Positions 17,701 to 26,406 of a stretch of 64,000 nucleotides of DNA are shown here, piece after piece (the stretch's first letter is position 1; the number at the start of each line of letters is the position of its first letter). Source of the DNA: a virus; IMG/VR virus record IMGVR_UViG_3300045988_135095. One strand, 5' to 3'. A model generated the notes under the pieces. That model saw only the letters and a list, made by a program, of their open reading frames with translations, was not told the origin of the DNA and ran no database searches. The translations under genes and the position numbers were made by a program.

Positions 17701-18003
17701 TACTCCGTGCTGAGGGCGATACTTGCAAAGCTTATTCTTCCAAGACATATAGTAGGCATCCATCTGCATTTCGTAGTCGTAGCCATCACTATCATTGTGC
17801 TTAGGGAAGTATGATGATGTAAGCTCAAAGTAGCCGAAGTCGGGAATCTCTACGGAGTCCCCAATCTCGAAATAGATAGGAGTAGCCGTAGTGAACTTCA
17901 ATATGACGTAATGATGGTCCATAAGCTGATATGACAGCTTAGAACCCTCGCCGAAGTCCTCTAATGTGAAGAATACCTTGTTATTTCTCTTAATCTGAAT
18001 CAT
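14737..18003 (-). CDS. Tail-associated / baseplate hub protein (Tal-like)
   Basis: 1088 aa immediately after the Dit-like gene. C-terminal collagen-like GSKGEKGDKGEDG plus an Ig-like module. Confidence 0.75.
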   Translation of the reverse strand: MIQIKRNNKVFFTLEDFGEGSKLSYQLMDHHYVILKFTTATPIYFEIGDSVEIPDFGYFELTSSYFPKHNDSDGYDYEMQMDAYYMSWKNKLCKYRPQHGVNETSFKLTTTVGVHMNVILGNLKALGLTYNGKEFSVDYTTYNNKAFDVQKRFLIEYGSISILDALNAICSEDALNCEWWIDGSIIYLGYCEMEGQTTFEQDVNVLSMSYSESKSTYITRLYAFGSDRNIPKGYFTGADADVTTDGVATDYLMLPNKEVDSDGFYAKNGYLENVNVVKNDKQAIEGVVMFEEEYPKVESVVSSIKTYDSTVDNEDGTKTTQTFWQVTSTDSFTNNFKESWIKSNLTLGIKFTSGALMGMEFDVSFKVIDKVNYFEIVANDTYGRTLPDGVMCPKVGDKYFLFNWDATKITDTDLIPTAQLSLFDRAKQYYQKTMISNSNFTCTMDGDKFYNDGTYDYHPLGEQVKLINDMFAQVDADGKHYRNSRIIGMEIPLDIPYDHPQYTVGEKAATSRLGKLEDKVDSITVNGIQISGGNGGGGVYVIGTNDSTPPTDSNVLSARKTILSFLSKLHNDTAQGLITFAKGLIAKGLADLMMGAKFGNNAMITELGDAVFNTIKSFDYDNAAEQGFSVEKEKNGKYHAFLNNLTIWGKAIFHELDVRKLSYSGGNIYLSGAGSKLIKVVPVKESVSADGVISWVETTADDAECAGWKCYLLADNGTTATMNYWQEGDQVRCQTIGEIVAGGAYSDTSNKSYWRTIHDGGVSTQNEKIYGTKTETYLDEAGKEQTREVQVELYDGQAFAWIVVGKHSEGLDGYTEKNAPVEIKGDPAEGDTIVLDGNRHRNSNLEYDKTDRQNVIILETTGDYAPRIVCYANISEYKHTITKSVNGENKEVSLSVFETSPKGGTKINSSHFELISDDGSTINIINYRGDWVEGNTYHKNDQVNHNNAVWVCVANSEEDVTGEPSDGSTQWKKVLSGSKGEKGDKGEDGVAYQIMITSDTGTVMINGSGEMTLKATLLRNGEDISDTVSNGSWSWWRQSADAEDDAVWNRLHEGVGRSCLITRDDVSRQAQFGCRVYISDSKTINSNI

Positions 18004-18443
18004 TAGCTTGTATATTTACTTGTTTCACTTCTGTCACTAGGGTCTGGCTCGTTGAGCTTTAGGCTGAACTTTGCCATTTCCCGAATGCACTGACTAAACT
18101 GAGTGCAGGAAAGATAGATGCACCGATACCACACATTAGGCTGGAATCGGGTGCGGATAACCAACTCTCCCTTGGCAAGAACCTCCTCGCAGAACCTAGC
18201 ATAGTTCGTCAAGAACGTATCTGAGTCCTTGGCGGTCATATTGAATGGCAGCGTTATCTCCCTCTCGTCCAACCTTGGATTGTGCTTGATAACCGACTTT
18301 CCGTCCTTTGAGCGATACTTATTGCTGATGAACTCCTTGTTCGGTGCAGGAGTCATGAGCGCACTGAGGGCGGTTTCGTCTAGGAAAATACCCCATGTAA
18401 GGTAGGCATCCATGCCATTGATATAAAGTTGTCCCTTTAGCAT
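18003..18443 (-). CDS. Distal tail protein (Dit)-position protein
   Basis: 146 aa between the tape measure and Tal. Its stop overlaps the Tal start by 1 nt. Confidence 0.55.
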   Translation of the reverse strand: MLKGQLYINGMDAYLTWGIFLDETALSALMTPAPNKEFISNKYRSKDGKSVIKHNPRLDEREITLPFNMTAKDSDTFLTNYARFCEEVLAKGELVIRTRFQPNVWYRCIYLSCTQFSQCIREMAKFSLKLNEPDPSDRSETSKYTS

Positions 18444-18446
18444 AGC

Positions 18447-18463
18447 TATTTAATCATTAAATA
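18447..18463. promoter_or_regulatory. Palindrome TATTTAATCATTAAATA upstream of the Dit gene
   Basis: The same palindrome family occurs at 28961-28971, 57949-57967 and in the 8820-8880 repeat. Confidence 0.45.
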
Positions 18464-18544
18464 ACCTCATAGGCTTCGCTGTGAGCCGCTTTTACCATTG
18501 TTGAGTATAGTTGTAAGGGCTGACTAGCGAAAAGCCTGTAGAGG

Positions 18545-21500
18545 CTAAATATCCTTTAATCTTCTGTTCATATCATCCAGCTTGGTTCCGAAGTCATTAT
18601 AGGTGAGCTTTGAATACTTCACGATGTCTTCGAGGTAGCTGTTTGTCATAATCATCATGTTTCTAATCTCCAATACCGCGCCATTGGTTGAAATTCCGAG
18701 TGTAACGATGCTCTCCATCTGTGATATGGTGGTAGTCATGTTCTGAGCGATGGACTCTCCTGCAATCTGCAGGGCGGTGAAGCGACCATTCAGCTCGTCT
18801 GCGGTATCTTGCCCCATAGATGCCCATCCTCCGCTTGTTGCTGTCTGTGATGAGGATGATGAACCGGTGTAGCCAGTTACCTTTGCCCACTCGTCACGTC
18901 TCTTCAAGCCTTCCTGGACTATATCATCGTAACGCTTGTAGAATGCATCTACATCTTCTTTGGTTAGCTTTCCGTTTTTATCCTTCATAGCCTTTGCCCA
19001 ATCATCGTAGAGTTTCTTCAAGTCTCCATTGATAAGGTCTTCCATACTGAAAGAGAGAAGGGACTTCTGCATCTTTTCTGCGAAATCATCTGCCATTTCG
19101 CTAGCAAAGTCGCTACCATCCTTCTTCATGTCCATGAGGTCCGTCAAAAAGCTATCTCTCATTCCACTGAAGGAAATCTGAGTAAGGTTCTCCTTGAACT
19201 GCTCTGACAACTCTTCCAGCTTGCCCGCTTGGTCTATGTAGTCATTCAACTTCTCTGTCAGACGTCCACCATAGTTACCCTTTCCAGTGTTCTCGATATG
19301 CTCCCAGATGGCAACGTTGCCACGGAGGAGCTTCATTTCCTCTGGACTGAGGGAGAAGAGGTCGCCATTGAAGTCTGATTTGACGTTCTTCTTGATCCAA
19401 TCAATCTCCTCACTACCGAAACCGCTCCAATAACGATTCCATGAGTGGTGCGAACCGTGATAGCTTGCCTGTGCCTTGGCGATGTCGAGGTAGTTCTGAT
19501 TAGTCTCCTGCTGATTCTTGTAGGCTTGCTCGTAGTATGAGGTTGCCTTGGAGCCAAAGGAGTTTTCCATTGCATCAGTCAAATCCTCGATGGATTGCTG
19601 CAAGAGGGTATTTCTGTCTGTCAGTCTTTCGATGGTGTCATTGACTTTCTTTGCATTTCCATCTCCACCGAACAGACTATTGAAACCACCGAATGAAAGC
19701 GTGTTGAGGATATGAGAAACATTGTTCCCGATGCTCTTCAATGGCTTCATAACAATGTCACCCGACAAAGCATCATCAAGGATGCCCGTTACTGCGCCAA
19801 AGACCGTATCCATGAGGTTGCTTATGAGTGTTCCGAAGCCATCTTTCAGAATATCAAGGATGCCGAGTATTGCGGAGATTATTTCTCCTGCCATACCGCT
19901 ATCCCCTAAAGCTTTCGTCAGAGCCTTGGCTGCGTCGCTGTCTTTACCGAGTAACCCTTGGATTCCCTTTGCAAGCGTGTTGGCAACGTCCTTCTGCATG
20001 TTACCTCCGAAAAGCTTGTCAAGTCCTAGAATGGAGTTTCCTATGCCTTTGAGTGACCCCGATGTGAGACCCTGCAAACCATTTTCAAGCTGCTGGAACT
20101 GAGAAACTGCCTTCTGTGCAGATGTCTGTAAGTCTGATGATGCCTTCTGAACTGATGAACCGAACTCCAAAACGTTGTTAGATGCGGTAGCAAGTACGCC
20201 CTGCGCTCTAGAGAGGTTGCTTTCAGCCTTGCTGATACTTGTCTTGTCACCGCTCTTCTTAGCCTTGGCGAGGTCTTCCTGCGCCTTGGTAACGGCTTTC
20301 GTGGCTTCAATCTCTCGCTCTTGTGCGTCAATATAGCCCTGCATGGCTGACTGATAGGAGTTGATATCGTCAGAGACCTTCTTGAAAATGTCACTATCCC
20401 AGACGGTGGCAGAGCCTTGTAACTTGGAGATAAGTTCCTGTATGGTCTTCTGCTCATTAACATCTGTTGTGCTCTTGGAGAGTTCTTGCAGCTTCTCAAT
20501 GGTAGGCTCCAGTTGGTCCTTGAACATAGCTCCGAAGTCTCCGAAGATGCTTCCCCAATCGATGTTCTGTCTGATGGCATTTATCTCGATGGTTTGGAGG
20601 TCCTTCTTTCTCTGCTGCTGAAGAGAGAGCTTTTCGCCTTTCGTCTGAGCCTTGGCAATCTTCTCTTCGTACTCCTCGGCAATGGCTTGCTTCTGCTGAT
20701 AGAGAGAACCATACTCCTTCAAGTAGTCACGCATAGAGGTGAGGGCTTCCCTGTTGACCTCATCAAGCTTCTTGTTATACTCTTGGGTAGCGAGGTCTCT
20801 AGCCTTGGAGAGAGCATTGGACTGAGCAGAGGTAAGGGTTACTTTCTTGCCAGCTTCCTTGTTCTTCTTCTTGAACTCTGCTTCCTGCTTGTCAATCTCG
20901 GCATTGCGCTTAGCATAGTCGTTCTTGATTTGAGCAAGCTTCTTCTCCGTGCCTTCCTGCATCTGAGATATATCGGTGTCGATATTTTCCTGCTGCAGCT
21001 GCTTCAAATCCTCGTTCAGTTCCTCCTGGGCCTTCTTGCGGTCTTCTGCTAGTTTCTTGGCATCGGCGGCTGCTTTCTTGGCTTTGGAAGCGTTCTTCTT
21101 TGCGTTTGCTTCTGCCTCTTCCTTTTCGCGACGCTTCTGCTTAGCATCGTCTTCTGCCTTGGTCTGCTTGGTGTTGGCTGCATTGGTATAATCCCATCCT
21201 CGCTGGGCAATATCGTTGGTTGACATCCATTTGCCATTGACTAGCGCACCTGACTTCTTGTTGTTTGCAAGGTCGCGTGCCAAAGCAGAGAAGTACTTAC
21301 CTAAGCGTCCCAGTTCCGGAATATTCATATTCTGCATCCACGATGGTATCTTGGCATCGAAGTTGACGTGGAAGTTGATGTTGTTCTCGGAATAGTTCTG
21401 CATGAACTCCTTGACACGGTTGTAGAGAACGTGTACATCCTCACCGGCACCCTGGAGTTGTTTCTGCAAAGCGTTTATCCTTCCCTTGGTAGAATCGACC

Positions 21501-23293
21501 TTGTTGCCGAAATCCTCGGTAGCATCTGCCGCCTGATTGATATTATCTGCCTCTTCACTATGCAGTTTTTTTGCAGCTCGAAGCTCATAGAGATAACCAA
21601 TCAATGCCTTCCTGGCATCGCTTGTTTTGTCTCCTGTAAAACCGAAAGTATTAGCAAGCTTTTCAGATTCGGATATCAAAGAAGCTTCCAGCTGATTGTA
21701 TTGTTTCAGATATTTCTGATACTCCTTTGAGTGCTCATTCAAGCCAGCCATCTTCTGTGTTAGGTCATCAAACTGCTTGATAACCGAGTCAGATACGATG
21801 TTCTGTATGCCGACGGCTATACCGCTGCTAGAGGTTCCATAATCCTTCAACTTACCCAAAAGGGCTTGCTGAGCGCTATCAACACGGTTGTTGTATTCTT
21901 CATTAGCCTTGGAGATTGCATTGGCTCTGTTGCGCTCTGTAGCCTCCAGCTTGATTTGCTCGACGAGTTCTTTAGATTTATCTATCTCCTGCTGCTTAAC
22001 ATCCACAAGGTTGCTCTCGTCTTCCTTGATCTTGTCAATAGCAATCCCGTAGTTGTCATAGATGTTTGACAGCTCCTTGATGGTGTCCTTGTAAACCTTG
22101 GAGCCTTCCTTTGCAGTCTTCAGAATGGAGATTAGCGACTCGACCTTGCTTGATGCTTCATTTGCACTCTCGGTAAACTTGGAAGTCTTGGTAGCGGCAT
22201 CCTCAGCGCTATTGCCGAATAGATTGAACATCGTGACTCCAGCTGCTACTGCACCAAGAACCAGACCGAGAACATTTGAAGAAGAGACCAAATTGAACAG
22301 AGCCATGGCATCCTTGGCGGTTGTGATAGACTTCGCTAAAGACAAGAATGCTTTCGCACTCTCCCAAGCTACCTGTGCCTTAGATATTGCTATCATCGTT
22401 ATCACTGCAGCCTTGTATGCTCCATACGCTGCAACAACAGTCATGAGTACCTTGCCTACCGTCTCCCAATTCTCAACAAGGGTGGAAACGACTCCCAATC
22501 CGGTATTGATAACACCCTCCTGGGATTTGCCGAGGTCATTGAACATCTGCTCGATGGCATCCTCAATGTTGCTTATCTGACCGGTAATAGTCTTGGACTG
22601 GGCTTCCATCAAGCCACCGAACTTGCTACCCTCGGCGGTCATACTCTGCATTGCCTGGATGAAGATGTCACTGGTAACCTTGCCTGCCTTGATTTGCTTC
22701 TGTACCTCCTTGATGGCGTTGGTAACGTCAAGCCCCATAACCTTGGCTATCTCATCTGCGATAGGAATACCTCGGTTGAGGAACTGATACAGGTCCATCG
22801 TGTCCATCTTACCCTTGGCGATGGTAGTGCCGTAAAGCATCACAAGGTCTTTAAGGTTCAGACCCATACCTGCTGCAACGTCTCCCAATCCGATAAGCGT
22901 CTTGTTGACATCCTCGGCTGCTACGTTGAACGCAAGAAGCTGCTTGGCTCCCTCTGTAACGTCTTCAACCCCGAAAGGTGTGACGGCTGCCGTGCGGATC
23001 AACTGCTTCATGAGAGCATCAGCTTTCTCCTCAGACTGCAACATCGTCTTGAATGCCATTTCTGTCTGCTGGAACTGACCGCGGACCTGCATCATCTGAT
23101 TGACGAACTTGCCGATGCTCCAACCGCCAATGGCAATGTTCATGCTGTTCTGTATATTCGAGATTACATCGTCAATAGACTTTCCGTCCTTCTCAACCCT
23201 CTCGGCAGTCTGATGAACTGCGTTCTGAATGTCTCGAAAACCGGAAACGACCTTGGCTGTCTCGACTATTGTATCGAATTTAATGCTTGGCAT
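18545..23293 (-). CDS. Tail tape measure protein
   Basis: 1582 aa, the longest ORF. TP901-type core near the N-terminus (..AFKTMLQSEEKADALMKQLIRTAAVTPFGVEDV..), a coiled-coil K/E/A-rich centre, and canonical position. Confidence 0.9.
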   Translation of the reverse strand: MPSIKFDTIVETAKVVSGFRDIQNAVHQTAERVEKDGKSIDDVISNIQNSMNIAIGGWSIGKFVNQMMQVRGQFQQTEMAFKTMLQSEEKADALMKQLIRTAAVTPFGVEDVTEGAKQLLAFNVAAEDVNKTLIGLGDVAAGMGLNLKDLVMLYGTTIAKGKMDTMDLYQFLNRGIPIADEIAKVMGLDVTNAIKEVQKQIKAGKVTSDIFIQAMQSMTAEGSKFGGLMEAQSKTITGQISNIEDAIEQMFNDLGKSQEGVINTGLGVVSTLVENWETVGKVLMTVVAAYGAYKAAVITMIAISKAQVAWESAKAFLSLAKSITTAKDAMALFNLVSSSNVLGLVLGAVAAGVTMFNLFGNSAEDAATKTSKFTESANEASSKVESLISILKTAKEGSKVYKDTIKELSNIYDNYGIAIDKIKEDESNLVDVKQQEIDKSKELVEQIKLEATERNRANAISKANEEYNNRVDSAQQALLGKLKDYGTSSSGIAVGIQNIVSDSVIKQFDDLTQKMAGLNEHSKEYQKYLKQYNQLEASLISESEKLANTFGFTGDKTSDARKALIGYLYELRAAKKLHSEEADNINQAADATEDFGNKVDSTKGRINALQKQLQGAGEDVHVLYNRVKEFMQNYSENNINFHVNFDAKIPSWMQNMNIPELGRLGKYFSALARDLANNKKSGALVNGKWMSTNDIAQRGWDYTNAANTKQTKAEDDAKQKRREKEEAEANAKKNASKAKKAAADAKKLAEDRKKAQEELNEDLKQLQQENIDTDISQMQEGTEKKLAQIKNDYAKRNAEIDKQEAEFKKKNKEAGKKVTLTSAQSNALSKARDLATQEYNKKLDEVNREALTSMRDYLKEYGSLYQQKQAIAEEYEEKIAKAQTKGEKLSLQQQRKKDLQTIEINAIRQNIDWGSIFGDFGAMFKDQLEPTIEKLQELSKSTTDVNEQKTIQELISKLQGSATVWDSDIFKKVSDDINSYQSAMQGYIDAQEREIEATKAVTKAQEDLAKAKKSGDKTSISKAESNLSRAQGVLATASNNVLEFGSSVQKASSDLQTSAQKAVSQFQQLENGLQGLTSGSLKGIGNSILGLDKLFGGNMQKDVANTLAKGIQGLLGKDSDAAKALTKALGDSGMAGEIISAILGILDILKDGFGTLISNLMDTVFGAVTGILDDALSGDIVMKPLKSIGNNVSHILNTLSFGGFNSLFGGDGNAKKVNDTIERLTDRNTLLQQSIEDLTDAMENSFGSKATSYYEQAYKNQQETNQNYLDIAKAQASYHGSHHSWNRYWSGFGSEEIDWIKKNVKSDFNGDLFSLSPEEMKLLRGNVAIWEHIENTGKGNYGGRLTEKLNDYIDQAGKLEELSEQFKENLTQISFSGMRDSFLTDLMDMKKDGSDFASEMADDFAEKMQKSLLSFSMEDLINGDLKKLYDDWAKAMKDKNGKLTKEDVDAFYKRYDDIVQEGLKRRDEWAKVTGYTGSSSSSQTATSGGWASMGQDTADELNGRFTALQIAGESIAQNMTTTISQMESIVTLGISTNGAVLEIRNMMIMTNSYLEDIVKYSKLTYNDFGTKLDDMNRRLKDI

Positions 23294-23404
23294 AATGTTC
23301 TATTTTTCCTTGAATTTATACTCTGTTATAAAGAATCGCCGGGGAAACACCAAATGTGAGTGTTCGATATGGGAACTTTACGTGCGTGCGCAGGAAGACT
23401 TCGG

Positions 23405-24115
23405 TTAAATCTCGGTCTCTGACTCTATCACCGCCTTCATGACCGCCTCCTTGTTGTTGCCATCGATGACCTCTTCCCCTGCTGCCGGTATATGTGCTTT
23501 CTTCCTCTCCTCGTCAGACAGATAGATTGAAGTAATCTTGTCTTTGAGCATGAGAGTCAGGTTGTTATACGATATTCCCCATACCACGTAATCGAAAGTC
23601 CATCCGTATCTTTCGCAAGCGGCATCTATGAGAGTTCCCCATATTGTCTTGCCTCCGAAGATAAAGCTATTCTCCGACTTCTTTGCCGCGTTGACTTTTG
23701 CCATACGCTTCGCTTCTTCTTCCATTCCTGTCTCTTTGGCTATTGTCTGGTATGAGTTAGCCTTAAGGATGATGATGAGGAGAGTGGCTATATCCTCGTT
23801 GGAACATTCTTTGAAGATTAACTCCGTCTGCCTGCTTACGCATTTGGAGTCTAGTATTTCATTCTTTGTGTTGAGTGAGTGATATGCAATCAATCTGCAG
23901 CATGTCTCCCTTTTGGTGTTTGCAACTCGCAATGCTTCCAAGAATGGATCAGCTTGAAGTAACTCTTTGTCTAGCTCCAAGCTATCTACTAACTGCGACG
24001 TTAGGTACATCATGCCCAGTGTAGTAGGGTAGATGTTAACGTGAGCGTGCTCAGTATCAAAGCCTATCGGCATATCTGTGAGCGTATTCGATATAATGAT
24101 TCCTAACTCTTCCAT
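23405..24115 (-). CDS. Tail assembly chaperone-position protein
   Basis: 236 aa from the ATG at 24115. The track start at 24172 would run through the tRNA-like gene. It lies between the major tail and tape measure genes. Confidence 0.55.
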   Translation of the reverse strand: MEELGIIISNTLTDMPIGFDTEHAHVNIYPTTLGMMYLTSQLVDSLELDKELLQADPFLEALRVANTKRETCCRLIAYHSLNTKNEILDSKCVSRQTELIFKECSNEDIATLLIIILKANSYQTIAKETGMEEEAKRMAKVNAAKKSENSFIFGGKTIWGTLIDAACERYGWTFDYVVWGISYNNLTLMLKDKITSIYLSDEERKKAHIPAAGEEVIDGNNKEAVMKAVIESETEI

Positions 24116-24135
24116 ATCACTCGAATTTAAATTGT

Positions 24136-24248
24136 TGGCACCCAAGGCAGGACTCGAACCTGCGACTTTCAACCAGCTTTTGAAGACCCTGGATTTTTTT
24201 GCATGCGACGGACTATTTGGTCTCGCTCTGCCCCTGAGCTACTTGGGT
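24136..24248 (-). tRNA. Aberrant 113-nt tRNA-like gene with encoded CCA; anticodon unassignable
   Basis: On the minus strand: acceptor ACCCAAG/CTTGGGT; D-arm GCTC-AGGGGCA-GAGC; T-arm GCAGG-TTCGAGT-CCTGC; discriminator G plus CCA. There are 61 nt between the D- and T-arms, against ~23 in class I and up to ~39 in class II tRNAs. Confidence 0.6.
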
Positions 24249-24252
24249 AGGT

Positions 24253-24278
24253 TGCCGGCTGATAACCCTCAGTCGGCA
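24253..24278 (-). other. 10-bp hairpin between major tail gene and tRNA-like gene
   Basis: TGCCGGCTGA-TAACCC-TCAGTCGGCA with one G.T pair. No U-tract follows. It could be an attenuator or a processing site. Confidence 0.5.
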
Positions 24279-24298
24279 GAAGGGATATTAGGATATGC

Positions 24299-24880
24299 CT
24301 ATGTCTCTGCGTATGTTTCCGTGATTTCAGCAGGAGGGGTCTCACCATCCTGCGGCTTCTTGAAAGTCAAGGAATACTTTCCACCTGTTCCCTTTGTGGC
24401 AGTAATGACACGCCAGCGGTAAGCACAATAGACTTCCTCACCCTTTGCGTTTGTAGTCTTAGCCACCACGTCACCCTCCGGAATGAGAGCTGCGTGGGTA
24501 TAAGTGATGGAAGCACCTTCTTCTGTTGTATAGCCCTCCTCGGCACCGATGGTGGTATTACCCATGTAAACGCCAGGAAGCTCGGCGTCTTCTGGCTGGA
24601 TAGCCAAACGGTAGTTACCCTCAATGATACCATCAATAGTCTTGAATGGCTGCGACTGGTTCTTCTTGATGAAGAGCTGATATACAGCCTCGTAGGTGGA
24701 CTTCTTTGTCTTGCGGTCAACAATTCCGCCACCTTCCTCAACCTGAGTCATAGTATCGCCTTTCGTTGGAGTAACAGTAGTAGTGCCATCCTTTGGAGTT
24801 GGGAGCTTAGTCCACTCATTCTTTTTGCTACCTACCTCTTGAACGTAGATAGTGCATTTGCCCCATGATGTTACTGACAT
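24299..24880 (-). CDS. Major tail protein (by position)
   Basis: 193 aa, upstream of the chaperone and tape measure genes. Beta-rich composition. Confidence 0.6.
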   Translation of the reverse strand: MSVTSWGKCTIYVQEVGSKKNEWTKLPTPKDGTTTVTPTKGDTMTQVEEGGGIVDRKTKKSTYEAVYQLFIKKNQSQPFKTIDGIIEGNYRLAIQPEDAELPGVYMGNTTIGAEEGYTTEEGASITYTHAALIPEGDVVAKTTNAKGEEVYCAYRWRVITATKGTGGKYSLTFKKPQDGETPPAEITETYAET

Positions 24881-24883
24881 AAT

Positions 24884-25285
24884 TTAATCGTTTATGAGTT
24901 TATATTCAACTTGATTATTTATTACATGTTCTCCCGTGCTTGCTGCATATACCCTCTGCTCAATAGCGTGGGCAACATATTCGCTCGTTCTGAACATTTC
25001 CAAGAGATTCCAAGCCAGTTTGCAGATTTCGTCAACTCTGATAGTGTTCTCCTCGAACTGCCCATCTACATCCTGGTCTTGTATATATATATTTACATTT
25101 ATAATCGCCGTTTGAAGCTGCGTTCCCTCATTAGCCAAGATGGAGATAACGACATCTTCCTTATGAGAATTATGCGGTCTCATCGTCTTTGACAGCTTGC
25201 CATTGACGTTGTTCATGAAACCGCTTTCGTTGATGTACCGGTAAACATCTGTCTTAATTGCTCCGTCTGATTTCATATCTTCCAC
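24884..25285 (-). CDS. Tail completion / neck protein (by position)
   Basis: 133-aa ORF in the connector block. Confidence 0.5.
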   Translation of the reverse strand: MEDMKSDGAIKTDVYRYINESGFMNNVNGKLSKTMRPHNSHKEDVVISILANEGTQLQTAIINVNIYIQDQDVDGQFEENTIRVDEICKLAWNLLEMFRTSEYVAHAIEQRVYAASTGEHVINNQVEYKLIND

Positions 25286-25755
25286 TTGTTTATTTCATTA
25301 ACTGCTGAGTCTATTGCTGTCTTCACACGCTGCTCTACAATGGATGTGGCCCATATCTTCGTTGAAGCGAGGACATCCTTGCTTTCCAAGGCTTCCACCT
25401 CTCCTGCGTATTCCATTCCGGCAACGACAACCAAAGCATAAACCCTGGAATATTCCTTAGCAAGGTCATTGATCATCTTCTTGCCCTTTACAGAGCCGTC
25501 TGTGCCACTGAGAACCTGCGAAAAGGCTGATTCCATATATTTACTTCCCTGCTCGTACACGGCGAAACCTATGGAGCTTCTTAGGTTGCCCGTATGGTCT
25601 ATCCAGCTTTCCTTGGCAGACCTGTTACGGATTCTAACCACAGATTCGTCTCCTAGCTTGCTCAATGCCTTAAGCACATTCTCCTGTATCTTCCTAGCGG
25701 CTCTCTGTAGGAAGGCATCGAGAGCGGAAGCGCTGGTTGTCATTCTTATGCCCAT
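25273..25755 (-). CDS. HK97 gp10-like head-tail joining protein
   Basis: 160 aa. The N-terminal region ..LDAFLQRAARKIQENVLKALSKLGDESV.. resembles the gp10 family. An alternative ATG lies at 25743. Confidence 0.5.
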   Translation of the reverse strand: MGIRMTTSASALDAFLQRAARKIQENVLKALSKLGDESVVRIRNRSAKESWIDHTGNLRSSIGFAVYEQGSKYMESAFSQVLSGTDGSVKGKKMINDLAKEYSRVYALVVVAGMEYAGEVEALESKDVLASTKIWATSIVEQRVKTAIDSAVNEINKWKI

Positions 25756-26081
25756 ATCTTACACTGGAGTTGATAACGATGAAATCCCTTGACCTTGATA
25801 ATTACATCCTCAGCCCCTAAAATTTCTAGCTTGATAAAATCCCCATAAGAGAACTTTTCAATTCCTACGGGCAAGTTATGCACTTCGTAGGAGTAGTAAT
25901 CAATAGAACCGTCAGATGTAACTAACTTGTTGGCCTCGCCAGCAGGAACTACATCGCAAGTGCAGCAGAACTTCCACTCGGTCTTGCCCTGGTGATAATT
26001 TCCATCATCATCTGTATAGCCAGCTACCTTCTGCTGCCGGTATAGCTTTGAGGCATGAAAACTCAATAGACTCATCAGCAA
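25746..26081 (-). CDS. Head closure / adaptor protein (by position)
   Basis: 111-aa ORF that overlaps both neighbours. Confidence 0.5.
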   Translation of the reverse strand: MLMSLLSFHASKLYRQQKVAGYTDDDGNYHQGKTEWKFCCTCDVVPAGEANKLVTSDGSIDYYSYEVHNLPVGIEKFSYGDFIKLEILGAEDVIIKVKGFHRYQLQCKIWA

Positions 26082-26404
26082 TTAATGTAAACTGTCGGCT
26101 TTGGAGTAAGTGAAACCTCCTCCTCGCCGATAGAGTTATATAAACGATTGACTTGAACTAATATAGCCTTTCGCTGGTCTTCCGAGAGAGAACCTATTGA
26201 TTTGTCCGCTTCGGAGAAGCTAACGGCTTGTATGAGAGAAAGCAGACAGTCGGCAAGCGTTCCTTTGTAGGCGTCACTTCTGGAAACGTCACCAGTGAAC
26301 TCTGATTCGATATCGAGGTCACGCTTGATGCAGGCGTTTTCCACGAAACCATAGGGGATAGGTATGTGTACCTCATCCACCAAAGCTTGTCCGACCGTCT
26401 TCAT
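26075..26404 (-). CDS. Head-tail connector protein (by position)
   Basis: 109-aa ORF directly after the capsid gene. Confidence 0.5.
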   Translation of the reverse strand: MKTVGQALVDEVHIPIPYGFVENACIKRDLDIESEFTGDVSRSDAYKGTLADCLLSLIQAVSFSEADKSIGSLSEDQRKAILVQVNRLYNSIGEEEVSLTPKPTVYINC

Positions 26405-26406
26405 GA

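Noticed and set aside
10900-18003. Diversity-generating retroelement targeting the tail fibres
   Set aside because: No reverse transcriptase gene is present in the window, and I found no template/variable repeat pair. The similarity between fibre genes is at the protein-module level only.
19712-22787. Many 60-221-aa ORFs in alternative frames and strands within the tape-measure gene
   Set aside because: The repetitive K/E/A-rich coding sequence keeps other frames open. A single 1582-aa ORF with tape-measure motifs explains the region.
23294-23404. Programmed -1 frameshift (G/GT-type) extension of the tail chaperone
   Set aside because: Only ~110 nt separate the chaperone stop from the tape-measure ATG. 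Both alternative frames close after ~30 codons. I found no slippery heptamer near the stop.
24078-24422. 114-aa plus-strand ORF, and the N-terminal 19 codons of the 23405-24172 track ORF
   Set aside because: Both read through the tRNA-like gene. The chaperone-position gene has a good ATG at 24115, downstream of it.
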